IMG/VR virus record: IMGVR_UViG_3300020034_000048
Coordinates: 1-36,638 of that record
Direction: 5' to 3' (one strand)
Source of the DNA: a virus
Lineage: Duplodnaviria; Caudoviricetes
DNA length: 36,638 bases
Positions 27,578-35,730 of this stretch are shown here, one piece after another. A model generated the notes under the pieces. The model saw only the letters and a list, made by a program, of their open reading frames with translations, did no database searches and was not told where the DNA came from. The translations under genes and the position numbers were made by a program. The number at the start of each line of letters is the position of its first letter. The first letter of the stretch is position 1.

Positions 27578-28700
27578 GGAGAATCCTCTCCTCACGGTCG
27601 ACCAGGACGGTACGGGGTTCAGTGACCTTGATCTTGGAGAATACGGCACCGGTTGCGGGTGCCAGGATCCCGGCCATAGCACCGGTGACCGATGCGCTCG
27701 CCGTCAGGCTCCCGGTAGCCGGGGCCACGGTTCCTACGATGGCCCCGGGGGAATTCACCGACCCGGATGCTGTGCCGGTGACCGCAGCGGCCGTCCCGGA
27801 CAAGACCCCGGGAACGGTGGCCACCACGGTGAGGGATCCGGTGGCGGCTGCCGTGGCGCCGTCCATCTCGCCCTCGAACGAGACCGCGCCCGCGAAGGAT
27901 CCGGCAGCAGGCTGTGTGGTCCCCGTAAAGGTGTAGGCGTCGCTGACCACACCCGTGACGGACCCGGTAACCGGTTCGGTGGTCCCCGCCATGGACGACA
28001 CCACGGACGCGTCCCCGGCCGCCGTGCCGGTGGCCGCATCGGTGGTCCCAGCCATGGTCCCGGCCACGGTCACCATGGCCGTTGCGGATCCCGTGACCGC
28101 CTCTGTGGTCCCCGCGAAGGTGTATGCGTCGCTGACCTGCCCGGAGAAGTCCGCGATAACCCCTCCGGTGCTCCCCTCCAGGAAATCCGTGGCTTCTGCG
28201 AACCAGAACCCGGACACCGGCCGGGTGATCCCTACCAGCAGAGCATCCGGGCCCTGGGCCGTGAGGGACCCGGTGGCCTCCGCCACAGTGCCGGTCAGCG
28301 TGCCGGTAACCGACGCATCGGCCGTCACAGCACCGGTGACCGCATCTGGGGAGCCCCCCAGGACGGCCGCAACGGTGACGGTGGCGGCCCCGGAGCCCGT
28401 CGCGGTCGCGGTGGTTCCGGACAGGGTTCCAGACGCCGTAGCGGTGACAGAGACATCCCCGGTCATCCCCGTTGTGGTCCCGGCCACCGTTCCGGTGACG
28501 GTCGCGGTGACGGATACCGCGCCGGTGGCCTCCGTCACGGTGCCGGGCAGGGTTCCGGTGACCAGGAGGTCCCCCGTGAAATCCCCGGTCATCGAAGCCG
28601 TGGCGCCGTCCAGGGTGCCAGTGCCGGACACCGGGAAATACGGGGTGACGGAGATCTTGACGTACGCCTGAGCAGGCCTGCCACGCCCGAGCCGGACCAT
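27567..28700 (-). CDS. Thr/Gly/Ala-rich repeat protein, putative fiber
   Basis: About 20-aa periodic GT.AGTT..ATG repeats; C-terminal EPRTVLVDREERILRV. Confidence 0.7.
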   Translation of the reverse strand: MVRLGRGRPAQAYVKISVTPYFPVSGTGTLDGATASMTGDFTGDLLVTGTLPGTVTEATGAVSVTATVTGTVAGTTTGMTGDVSVTATASGTLSGTTATATGSGAATVTVAAVLGGSPDAVTGAVTADASVTGTLTGTVAEATGSLTAQGPDALLVGITRPVSGFWFAEATDFLEGSTGGVIADFSGQVSDAYTFAGTTEAVTGSATAMVTVAGTMAGTTDAATGTAAGDASVVSSMAGTTEPVTGSVTGVVSDAYTFTGTTQPAAGSFAGAVSFEGEMDGATAAATGSLTVVATVPGVLSGTAAAVTGTASGSVNSPGAIVGTVAPATGSLTASASVTGAMAGILAPATGAVFSKIKVTEPRTVLVDREERILRVG

Positions 28701-28729
28701 GCGTCACCGCCGTTCGTAGTCGGGCCGGA

Positions 28730-29248
28730 TCAGCACTCTTCGAAAACGACGTACGCAATGGCGGTGAGCGTCGCCGCCGTGTTGATCCGGAGCTGAAGGT
28801 ACTTGGACACCGGCATGACCGGCTCCCGCCCGAGCGGCCACTGCTTCACATACTGCGACGTGGGCCCGACGAACTGGGCATCGAAATACTTGTCCGGGGT
28901 GGCTGACACAGGAGCTGTGGCGTTACCCCGGCCGGATGCAGACGGACCCATGGTCAGACGGCTCGCCGTGGTGCTGTCCCCAACGGGCTGGATCGTCGTG
29001 GTGCTGTGCGCGATATCGTTCCCCGTGTTGGGGAACGTCGTCGCCGTACCGTTCTGTACCAATTCGCACACCGCCGGGGTCCCAGCAGCTGACCCGTTGA
29101 AGGAGACCCCCCATTCCACCACCCGGATCTGGATCGTGGATGGTGTGGCGAGCTGGAGGGCTACCTTCGTCCCTGTCGCATAGGACAGCCCCAACATACT
29201 CACCTGCGCCGCACCAAACGCGTTGTTGTACGCCACGTACATGGTCAT
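28730..29248 (-). CDS. Beta-rich putative virion protein
   Basis: IRVVEWGVSF, QWPLGREP, LQLRI and C-terminal VVFEE; fits operon packing. Confidence 0.65.
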   Translation of the reverse strand: MTMYVAYNNAFGAAQVSMLGLSYATGTKVALQLATPSTIQIRVVEWGVSFNGSAAGTPAVCELVQNGTATTFPNTGNDIAHSTTTIQPVGDSTTASRLTMGPSASGRGNATAPVSATPDKYFDAQFVGPTSQYVKQWPLGREPVMPVSKYLQLRINTAATLTAIAYVVFEEC

Positions 29249-29250
29249 GG

Positions 29251-29595
29251 TCAGCCACCCGCGTACGTAGAGACATGACCGTTCAGGTCCGGAGCCTCGG
29301 TGTCCCACACAAGCCGGAAATCCACATTGATAGGGCTCCCCCCAGTGAGCTGATACGAGAGGTAGAGACTCCTGGCGCCTAGGTACGCGAGTTCCGGATC
29401 AGCGTTACTGAGTTGAATGCCACCGATACCAAGAAGCTTGAACAGCGCTACGTCAGCAGGATCACTGACCACAACACTGGACGAATATGGAACCGGATCA
29501 TCTGCGACAGGGAACGCAGACATTGCGGGAATGTTCAGAAACCGGGCACCGCTCATATCGACCTCTACGGTTCCATTCAGGACGTACGCAGACAT
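29251..29595 (-). CDS. Hypothetical protein (lower GC)
   Basis: AGGAGG RBS, 114 aa. Confidence 0.65.
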   Translation of the reverse strand: MSAYVLNGTVEVDMSGARFLNIPAMSAFPVADDPVPYSSSVVVSDPADVALFKLLGIGGIQLSNADPELAYLGARSLYLSYQLTGGSPINVDFRLVWDTEAPDLNGHVSTYAGG

Positions 29596-29609
29596 GTAGA
29601 CCTCCTAGG

Positions 29610-29876
29610 TCAGTTACTCGCTACCCCGAAAACGGTGAGGATCGCGGCGTCAGCGTTCGCTCCGGCCGGGATGGTCACGGTGGTCCCGGAGACCGAGGCT
29701 GCCAGTGCGGCAGCCACCGTGACCCCGACCAGGGTCCCACGCTTCACGACTTGGAACTCCTGCGAGAGGTCCACCGTGTCACCGGCAGTGATGTTGAGCA
29801 GGGCGTAGACCGCGTACCGGTCAGCGTCCCCGGACATGTGCCGGAGCGGGTACCGGGTGGGCGGAAGCAGAGCCAT
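29610..29876 (-). CDS. Small hypothetical / virion protein
   Basis: GAGGA RBS, 88 aa, beta-rich. Confidence 0.65.
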   Translation of the reverse strand: MALLPPTRYPLRHMSGDADRYAVYALLNITAGDTVDLSQEFQVVKRGTLVGVTVAAALAASVSGTTVTIPAGANADAAILTVFGVASN

Positions 29877-29885
29877 GATCAGTCC

Positions 29886-30599
29886 TCACCATGTCGACGC
29901 ACGGCGCACCGCCGTGGTGTAGATCTTAGAGCCACTCGGGGGGTCCGGCTGCGGGATCAAGGCCAGGCCTACGAAGGCCCATGCCGTGTCGGCCGCACCG
30001 GTGCCTGCCGTGCTGCATGCGGTGACTGCACCCGAACCAAGCTGATCAATCATCAGAAGGCCCGGAACGGAGTCAGCCGCGATGCCGACATTGGAGACCC
30101 GCTGGTTCCAGGAGCCGCCCGGCCCGGACAGGGTGTAGTCGGCAGAGTTCCAGTTGTCGTGCACGACACCGGCCACGTGGATACCCATGTCCGTGGCCAG
30201 CACACCTGTCAGGGACTCACTGTTCTTCGGGGTGCCCAGGGTCGCGTAGGACGTGGTGTTCGTGGTGCGGAGCGGGGACCCGGAAGAGATCACGCCCGTG
30301 TACCGGCACATGGCAACGGATGCGGAGTTGGCCGATGCGGATCCGATGGTGATCGTGTAGTTGGCGGGCTCGGAGGACGCACGGCGGTACCAGACCCGGG
30401 TCAGATTGTCGAAGGTCGGGTTGGTGGTGGCGCTGGCCGCGATCGTCCACCCGGACACGGTGGGGTTCTCCGCGCCCTTCTCGACGACCAGAGCCATGAT
30501 CAGCATGTCGCCGTCCACGGTGCTCCCGGGGACGTTGATGTTCCCCGTGGTGGATGCATCGATCAGCAGCGTCGTGGCGCTCTGGAAGGCAATGGTCAT
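29886..30599 (-). CDS. Putative virion adhesion protein, similar to the repeated domain of the 5096-9058 tail protein
   Basis: GDMLIMAL...GWT...YRRASSEPANYT...CRYTGV parallels GDLMLAFV...GWT...KRTAGGSEPSTWT...ISYSGA. Confidence 0.65.
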   Translation of the reverse strand: MTIAFQSATTLLIDASTTGNINVPGSTVDGDMLIMALVVEKGAENPTVSGWTIAASATTNPTFDNLTRVWYRRASSEPANYTITIGSASANSASVAMCRYTGVISSGSPLRTTNTTSYATLGTPKNSESLTGVLATDMGIHVAGVVHDNWNSADYTLSGPGGSWNQRVSNVGIAADSVPGLLMIDQLGSGAVTACSTAGTGAADTAWAFVGLALIPQPDPPSGSKIYTTAVRRASTW

Positions 30600-30610
30600 G
30601 TGCTACCCCC

Positions 30611-31213
30611 CTACAGTTCGTCAGACCCGATGTTCGTTGATCCGCAGTCCAGGCACCGGTGGACTACACCCTTCCCATGGCGCCCGGATCGTAGCTGGAG
30701 ATTCTCCGGCCGGTTGTCCGCCCTATCACCGTTCTTATGGTGCACGGTCTCATGCTTCTCCAGCGGACGGCCCAAGACCTTTGCCATCACCATGCGGTGC
30801 TCCAGGTAGGTCTTCCCGTCGATCATGAACCGCCAGTAACCGTTCTCGTCGGTCCACCCCGACCCAAGATCCCTTTTCAGTTTCTCCAGCGGGCCGGGAT
30901 CTCCCGTGGCCTTGAACCGGACGTAGTGCAGTCGGCAATACCCCAGGGCCCAATGGATGTTCTGACACCCCGTCACCGAACATCCATTGCGCTGCACCCG
31001 CATGTCGCCCTTGTTGGACTGCGCATAACGCCACGACTGATAGTGCTTGGTACACATCCCACGGGACGAGACACCCCGGTCACAGTCGTCCGAGGAACAA
31101 ATTCCTGCGGTCAGGAAAACCCCCTGACCACGTGCTTTCTGGTAGTGGGAAGGGCAGTACCCGCGAGCGCGTGCCGACCGTCCGCACCCCTCAACTGAGC
31201 ATATTTTCTCCAT
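30611..31213 (-). CDS. HNH homing endonuclease with three N-terminal Cys/His zinc-finger repeats
   Basis: 3x CS.xxC...G.C..HY; EHRMVM...LGRPL...[16 protein letters not shown]. Confidence 0.92.
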   Translation of the reverse strand: MEKICSVEGCGRSARARGYCPSHYQKARGQGVFLTAGICSSDDCDRGVSSRGMCTKHYQSWRYAQSNKGDMRVQRNGCSVTGCQNIHWALGYCRLHYVRFKATGDPGPLEKLKRDLGSGWTDENGYWRFMIDGKTYLEHRMVMAKVLGRPLEKHETVHHKNGDRADNRPENLQLRSGRHGKGVVHRCLDCGSTNIGSDEL

Positions 31214-31219
31214 GGCCCT

Positions 31220-31225
31220 ACAGTA
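31220..31225 (-). promoter_or_regulatory. Putative -10 box for a leaderless HNH transcript
   Basis: TACTGT-N6-ATG with no RBS. Confidence 0.45.
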
Positions 31226-31237
31226 CTATGGATACCC

Positions 31238-31651
31238 CTACCCTGCGGGCTGGGTCAGGGATCCCGCTGTTATGCTCACCGCGACCCCGATTGAGATCGT
31301 CGTCGTGTTCAGGATCAGGGTTGCGGATGCGGTTCCCACGTCGCCGTCACAGATCGTGGCAGCACCGATGTTCGCCATCCGGAACCAGGTCGCGGTACCC
31401 GCAGCCACACCCGTCGTTGCCCGGGGCACGCCTGCCAGGGTGATGGTGCCGGAAGACGAGGTGCCGAAGGCCGGGTCGTCCAGGGTGAAGGTAGCAAGCA
31501 GCGTGTTGCCGGACAGACCGGTGTTGGCGTCGACAGGCTGCGTGCCGCTGTAGAGCTTGACGGTGGCCGCGCCGGACCCGGTGTCCACCAGGGTCTCTAC
31601 CGCGTCCATCATCGCGTTCCGTGTGGCTGTGGCCAGCCGGAGGTTAGACAT
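31238..31651 (-). CDS. Beta-rich putative virion protein
   Basis: VKLYSGTQP...LLATFTL...AF, GTATWFR, DGDVG, LNTTTI..G..VSIT pattern; AAGGGAG RBS. Confidence 0.7.
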   Translation of the reverse strand: MSNLRLATATRNAMMDAVETLVDTGSGAATVKLYSGTQPVDANTGLSGNTLLATFTLDDPAFGTSSSGTITLAGVPRATTGVAAGTATWFRMANIGAATICDGDVGTASATLILNTTTISIGVAVSITAGSLTQPAG

Positions 31652-31654
31652 GGA

Positions 31655-32047
31655 TCATGCTCCCTTGTTACGGGTCCGGCACCGGACCACCAGAATGGTG
31701 ATCGTACCCGCGCCGATGCTGAGTCCGGCCGCGCCGATGGCCCGGAGGGGATGACGCTGGACGACGTCACCGGCGCCGGTGGCCGCGAGCGACGGATCCG
31801 GGCTGGTGTCCCCCTCACCCCGGAGATCGGCGTACAGGTCCGACCGGACCGCCTGGCCCGGATTGCTCTCGCACCCAATGCCGTCATAGTCCGCGTCCAG
31901 GTGCGCCGGGTCGAACCCGTTCGTGATGATGATCGGGGATGCGAAGTCGGAGCAGTTGCGGTCATCAGCCGCCGACGCCAGCGGGGCGGACACGGCCAGG
32001 AGCACGGCCGCGATCCCGGCCGGAGCCAGCACAGTCTTGATCTTCAT
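31655..32047 (-). CDS. Secreted Excalibur-type Ca-binding protein with LAXTG sortase anchor
   Basis: Signal peptide MKIKTVLAPAGIAAVLLAVSAPLASA; DRNCSDF...DPAHLDADYDGIGCE; LAATG, hydrophobic helix and basic tail RCRTRNK. ATGA-coupled start. Confidence 0.8.
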   Translation of the reverse strand: MKIKTVLAPAGIAAVLLAVSAPLASAADDRNCSDFASPIIITNGFDPAHLDADYDGIGCESNPGQAVRSDLYADLRGEGDTSPDPSLAATGAGDVVQRHPLRAIGAAGLSIGAGTITILVVRCRTRNKGA

Positions 32048-32322
32048 CGGTTCGTCACCCTGACCGTGATCGTACGTTCGTCGATCCGTCCCACCGATGT
32101 AGTGATCCGGTTCGCCACGGAGTACGGGTTGCCTGCCGTACCGCCGGACAGCCACGCCGTGGCGGTCGTGGTGCTGTTGCTGCTGCTGTCCAGGACCAGT
32201 CCTGCCGACACGGTCATAACAGATGTGATGATCGTCTCCCCGGAATCCAGCCAGTCCGACCAGTCCCATATCCAGTCCAGAACGGCTTCAGCGTCTTTCT
32301 CCCAGTCCACAATCATGGTCAC
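32044..32322 (-). CDS. Small Ig-like putative fiber adaptor protein
   Basis: KDAEAVLDWIWDWSDWLDSGETI...ATAWLSGGTAG..Y.V.NRITTS.GR.DERTI pattern recurrent in phage structural modules; AGGTG RBS. Confidence 0.7.
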   Translation of the reverse strand: MTMIVDWEKDAEAVLDWIWDWSDWLDSGETIITSVMTVSAGLVLDSSSNSTTTATAWLSGGTAGNPYSVANRITTSVGRIDERTITVRVTNR

Positions 32323-32382
32323 CGGATAATCACCTGCCTGACTTCCGAAGGCTCGTGATCGTCATCATGAGCACAGAGTAGC

Positions 32383-32673
32383 GTGAGCGCCATGAGCCAA
32401 CGCGCGATCTATCGATATGAAGTGCCGGTTGACGACCAGTGGCATGAGATCATGATGTCCGGAAAGATCACAGGGACAGGATCCCGGCGGCCGGGCGTAG
32501 TCGAATTCTGGGCCCTGGCGAGCACAGACCCCGACTACGCATCCCCCCGCAGCTTCCGGGTGTACGGCACCGGCCACGCCCTGCCGGACGATGTCCGCCC
32601 GGACCAGCTGCACGGATCCGTGATCGCTGGGGGCGGACTGGTCGTCTGGCACCTGGTCGAACGGAAGATCTAG
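32383..32673 (+). CDS. Small hypothetical protein, the only supported plus-strand gene
   Basis: IYRYEVP, VEFWAL, FRVYGTGH and LVVWHLVE motifs; fills a gap with no credible minus-strand ORF. Alternative ATG at 32392. Confidence 0.7.
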   Translation: MSAMSQRAIYRYEVPVDDQWHEIMMSGKITGTGSRRPGVVEFWALASTDPDYASPRSFRVYGTGHALPDDVRPDQLHGSVIAGGGLVVWHLVERKI

Positions 32674-33158
32674 CGGAGCGGGGCAGGCATGTTCTCCGGC
32701 GTGTCGCGCGGGGACACGCCGGACAGGACGTAGAGGAGAGTTCCCGGCTGAGACCCCGCGCCCACTGACGCGATGTCCACCGACACATAGGAACACCCGG
32801 CCGAAAGATCCTCCGGCTGAACCTTGAACGCGATCATCTGCTGTACCTGGGCGGTGCCGGTTACAGTCTGGCTGGCCGCTTGAGTGACCTTGGTCCACGT
32901 CTCGTCGTTGTCAAGCGTCGTCTCGGTCTTCTTCCAGTACGTGGTCACGGCTGCCAGGTTCGAGCTGACACCGGCCGCCGACAGGGTGTGCTGCCGCAGG
33001 GTGAGAACCGGGGGTTCCGCCGCAGCACCGGCCGCACCGATGAAGACCACAAGCAAGTAGTCAAGATCCCCCATGAACTGACGGAGGCCCGTATTGGCCC
33101 CGGTGGCAAGGTTAACCGGCGAGATGCCGAGTCCGATGTCGTAGTCGCTTCCGAGCAT
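32670..33158 (-). CDS. Beta-sandwich putative virion/decoration protein
   Basis: GGAGGG RBS; 162 aa; first gene of the pre-terminase structural block. Confidence 0.65.
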   Translation of the reverse strand: MLGSDYDIGLGISPVNLATGANTGLRQFMGDLDYLLVVFIGAAGAAAEPPVLTLRQHTLSAAGVSSNLAAVTTYWKKTETTLDNDETWTKVTQAASQTVTGTAQVQQMIAFKVQPEDLSAGCSYVSVDIASVGAGSQPGTLLYVLSGVSPRDTPENMPAPLR

Positions 33159-33262
33159 GGCCGACCCTCCGGGGGTTTTCGGGCTGCGGGTTGGTCATGA
33201 GTGTAGAGGGCGCAGTGCATAGCCCCGCATAGATCCTTTGCACCGGATTTCCATGGTCCTAA

Positions 33263-33286
33263 CGATCAGGCCTCTGACGTGCAGCT
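33263..33286. repeat. 24-bp direct repeat, copy 1
   Basis: CGATCAGGCCTCTGACGTGCAGCT; 22/24 identical to 36558-36581. Confidence 0.75.
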
Positions 33287-33460
33287 ATCCCTAACTCGGG
33301 GCCGGTGGTCCACGGGTACCCGGGACCCAAACGATCGCGGCAGACGGGCACACAGAGCTTTGGATCTCCTACGCGTCGGTAGCATGAACGCAGCGTCACA
33401 GATTGGTGACTGTGCGCTCCGGATATCCATGCACAACTCTGCATAGCCGCTGAGCACGAC

Positions 33461-33497
33461 GGAGCCCCCTGCCGTAGATCAATTGGCAGAGGACTCC
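33461..33497 (-). terminator. Imperfect hairpin after Ro60 gene
   Basis: GGAGCCCCCTGCC...GGCAGAGGACTCC about 30 nt past the stop. Confidence 0.45.
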
Positions 33498-33525
33498 GGT
33501 AATCAGCCCGGCGGGGCTGGTTGGA

Positions 33526-35154
33526 TCACGCCTCCCAGGGCCAGGACGCCGAGCGTCCCGACGCCAGCAGGCCCATCATCGTGAAGAGCTTGTCCGAGAA
33601 GCCGCCGACCTCGAAACGGTTCGGCACCGAGGTGTTGATCGATGTCTTGCTGTACCCGGTGGTGTCCACGCCGAACAGCGGAACACTGGCCGGAACAGCC
33701 TCGGAGACAGACCCGCGCCAGCTGTTGCGGAACGCCTGGCCGTCGGTCACTACGACCACCCCGGCGTGACCGCTGTAGTTCGCGTGCAGAGCCGCAGCCG
33801 TCTCCGTGCCGTGACCGACCTCACCAACACGGTTCGTGAACGCCTCGATCTGGGGGAGCAGTGATCCGCCCTTCTTCAGTCGGTGGACGAACGACCCGTT
33901 GGCATACCCGATCAGATCCGCGCCGCCGGTTGCCCGCGCGGCCAGCACGGTGCCGATCATCGCACCCACGTCCACATGCCGGACCGTGGACCGCTCGGAA
34001 ACCGTGCCGGTCATCGAGGCCGACGTGTCGACCGCCACCAGCCACCGGCCGGGCAGCGCCGGAACGTTCCACACCGACGCAAGCAGGGCCTTTTCCAGGG
34101 CCCGGCCCCAGGCCAGCGACGGGGCCGCGCGGTACGCGGACAGGAACCGGTAGGGGAACTGATGTGAGCGGTATACCTGGGCTGAATCGGCCAGCCGCCC
34201 GGCCACGATGTCGATCACATCGTCGGAGATCTCGGCCTCGTCGAAGTTCCGTAGATTGCGGAGCAGAGCCATGTACCCCATGGTCGGGGCAAGAGCTTCC
34301 CAGAGATCCTTCTTGGGGATCTTAGAACCGACCAGGGACAGGGTGTCCTCCCACGTCATGCCCGCGTCCCGCAGCGCGCCGGTGTCGAGCATGGCCTCCG
34401 GGTGATCCACGGCCGCCTTGCGCAGGGCCACGTTGGCACGAACCTTCATCAGCCGGTCGGGAACCTGGCCCGCGTAGCCGTGGCGCCGGTGCAGTGCGTA
34501 GGCGAACACGTCGCCCTGATTCGCGGGTGCGGACGCACCCGGCGTCGGGTGGGTCAGTTCGATCACATCGCCGAAGCGCCAGCCGTGTGACGCCGTGTCG
34601 TACTTGAGCAACGATCGCTCGTTGTACAGGCGAGCAGTCGCATCGGCCACCCCGCGCTTGACCGGCATCGGCAGATTGCGGCCGTAGTGCTCCGTCCAAT
34701 AGGCCAGGAACTCGCCCGGCTCGTCGGGACGCTGAAGCACCGCATCCACGATCTTCCGGTTCCACCCCAGCGGCTCGGGGGTGTACGCGTCCGGCCCCGG
34801 AGACAGGGACATGGTCTTGGTGTGATCCAGCCGTGCCTTCACGCCTTCGGCCGCCGCGACCAGGGAGGCGGAGCGCATGTTGGCCTCCCCGCGCAGCCAG
34901 GTCACGAACGCGCAGAACCACTGCCCGTCACGGACAGCGGCATCCCCGCACAGGGTGGCGAAGCGGGAATCGCGGTCCCCGGCTGCCTCGTAGAACGTCT
35001 GCTCGCCGACCATGTTGACCGTGGCCAGCAAGACCAGCTCGGAGCGGGGATCGCGGGTCCATGCCCGGCCGCCCTCGTACGTGGTGGTCTCACTCGTGGT
35101 GGTCACCGGTGAGTCGATCTTTGCCCGTGTGGCCGGGCGGTTGAACTTGGTCAT
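33526..35154 (-). CDS. rsr: Ro60/TROVE-domain RNA-binding protein (Rsr) with C-terminal vWA domain
   Basis: TTYEGG, TFYE, QRPDEPGE, KRGVAD, LLKY, DVIELTHP, TWE, MGYMALLRNLRN, SHQFPYRF, vWA MIDAS VDTSASM and VTDGQ. GGAAGG RBS before ATG 35154 gives 542 aa. Confidence 0.95.
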   Translation of the reverse strand: MTKFNRPATRAKIDSPVTTTSETTTYEGGRAWTRDPRSELVLLATVNMVGEQTFYEAAGDRDSRFATLCGDAAVRDGQWFCAFVTWLRGEANMRSASLVAAAEGVKARLDHTKTMSLSPGPDAYTPEPLGWNRKIVDAVLQRPDEPGEFLAYWTEHYGRNLPMPVKRGVADATARLYNERSLLKYDTASHGWRFGDVIELTHPTPGASAPANQGDVFAYALHRRHGYAGQVPDRLMKVRANVALRKAAVDHPEAMLDTGALRDAGMTWEDTLSLVGSKIPKKDLWEALAPTMGYMALLRNLRNFDEAEISDDVIDIVAGRLADSAQVYRSHQFPYRFLSAYRAAPSLAWGRALEKALLASVWNVPALPGRWLVAVDTSASMTGTVSERSTVRHVDVGAMIGTVLAARATGGADLIGYANGSFVHRLKKGGSLLPQIEAFTNRVGEVGHGTETAAALHANYSGHAGVVVVTDGQAFRNSWRGSVSEAVPASVPLFGVDTTGYSKTSINTSVPNRFEVGGFSDKLFTMMGLLASGRSASWPWEA

Positions 35155-35220
35155 GATCGTGGTCCTTCCGGGGACATGAGAATGGCCCCCTTCGGTGTGG
35201 GATGAAGGAGGCCAAGCAGT

Positions 35221-35358
35221 GATGCCCGAGATCACCATGCAATAACGGTGCGCCTTGCCGTGCGGTTTCCCGCTGACGCTGCCGGAGGACCAAGATCCAT
35301 CCGACGGGATTCGAACCCGATCTTCAATGAAGTACGTCATCACGTCGCATCGGGCATC
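35221..35358 (-). ncRNA. Y RNA (YrlA-like, tRNA-mimic), copy 1
   Basis: Terminal stem GAUGCCCGA/UCGGGCAUC; UGCGAC...GUACUUC...GUGAUC; T-arm CGGG-UUCGAAU-CCCG, then a closed acceptor-like hairpin and a D-like stem. Adjacent to rsr. Confidence 0.8.
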
Positions 35359-35368
35359 CGATGCTGGA

Positions 35369-35441
35369 CCTCCCGAGATCACAGGTGGCGGTCGGGATCT
35401 TTCAATGCGGTGAAGTACCCGGTTGCCGTCGCAACGGGAGG
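35369..35441 (-). ncRNA. Short Y-RNA-like element, copy 2 (no tRNA module)
   Basis: Stem CCUCCCG/CGGGAGG with the same UGCGAC...GUACUUC...GUGAUC motifs. Confidence 0.7.
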
Positions 35442-35456
35442 ACGATCTTAAGTTGT

Positions 35457-35573
35457 CAGAGTCAGAGATCACCATCGGAGATCGGAACGGACTAGGCCCA
35501 TGCCCTGGCCGGAATCGAACCGGATCGTCTCTTTACCAGAGAGAAGTAACGATCTTCTACGCAGCTGACTCTG
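35457..35573 (-). ncRNA. Y RNA (tRNA-mimic), copy 3
   Basis: Stem CAGAGUCAG/CUGACUCUG; UGCGUA...GUUACUUC...GUGAUC; arm UCUCU-CUGGUAA-AGAGA and T-arm CCGG-UUCGAUU-CCGG. Confidence 0.75.
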
Positions 35574-35586
35574 TGAAGTTGTTGGA

Positions 35587-35643
35587 CCCCTGATCGCTGG
35601 GGGAGGCGCCTGTTCCCTCCAGAGGACTTCCCGGCCCCAGGGG
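35587..35643 (-). ncRNA. Possible divergent fifth Y-RNA-like hairpin
   Basis: CCCCUG/CAGGGG closing stem with GCGAUC at the GUGAUC position; lacks GUACUUC. Confidence 0.35.
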
Positions 35644-35650
35644 CGTTAGC

Positions 35651-35723
35651 GGTTCAGTGATCACAATTGGCGGTCCGGGATCTTTTCCACTGAGAAGTAC
35701 CGGGGTGCCGTCGCATCTGAACC
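35651..35723 (-). ncRNA. Short Y-RNA-like element, copy 4 (no tRNA module)
   Basis: Stem GGUUCAG/CUGAACC; UGCGACGGCA...GUACUUC...AAGAUCCCG...CCGCC...GUGAUC; near-paralog of copy 2. Confidence 0.7.
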
Positions 35724-35730
35724 TGGGTCC

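Noticed and set aside
27552-28796. Several overlapping long ORFs in multiple frames
   Set aside because: By-product of the repetitive T/G/A-coding sequence; only 27567-28700 fits the operon.
35155-35475. 107-aa N-terminal extension of Ro60 in the ORF track
   Set aside because: It overlaps structured RNA elements. A good RBS precedes ATG 35154, where TROVE-like sequence begins.
35221-35573. Genuine tRNA genes (GTTCGAATC and GTTCGATTC T-loops)
   Set aside because: Arm order is permuted or incomplete, there is no open acceptor stem with a CCA end, and both are enclosed in Y-RNA-like stems.
35221-35723. CRISPR array
   Set aside because: Units share short motifs and structure, not identical repeats with regular spacers; no cas genes are present.
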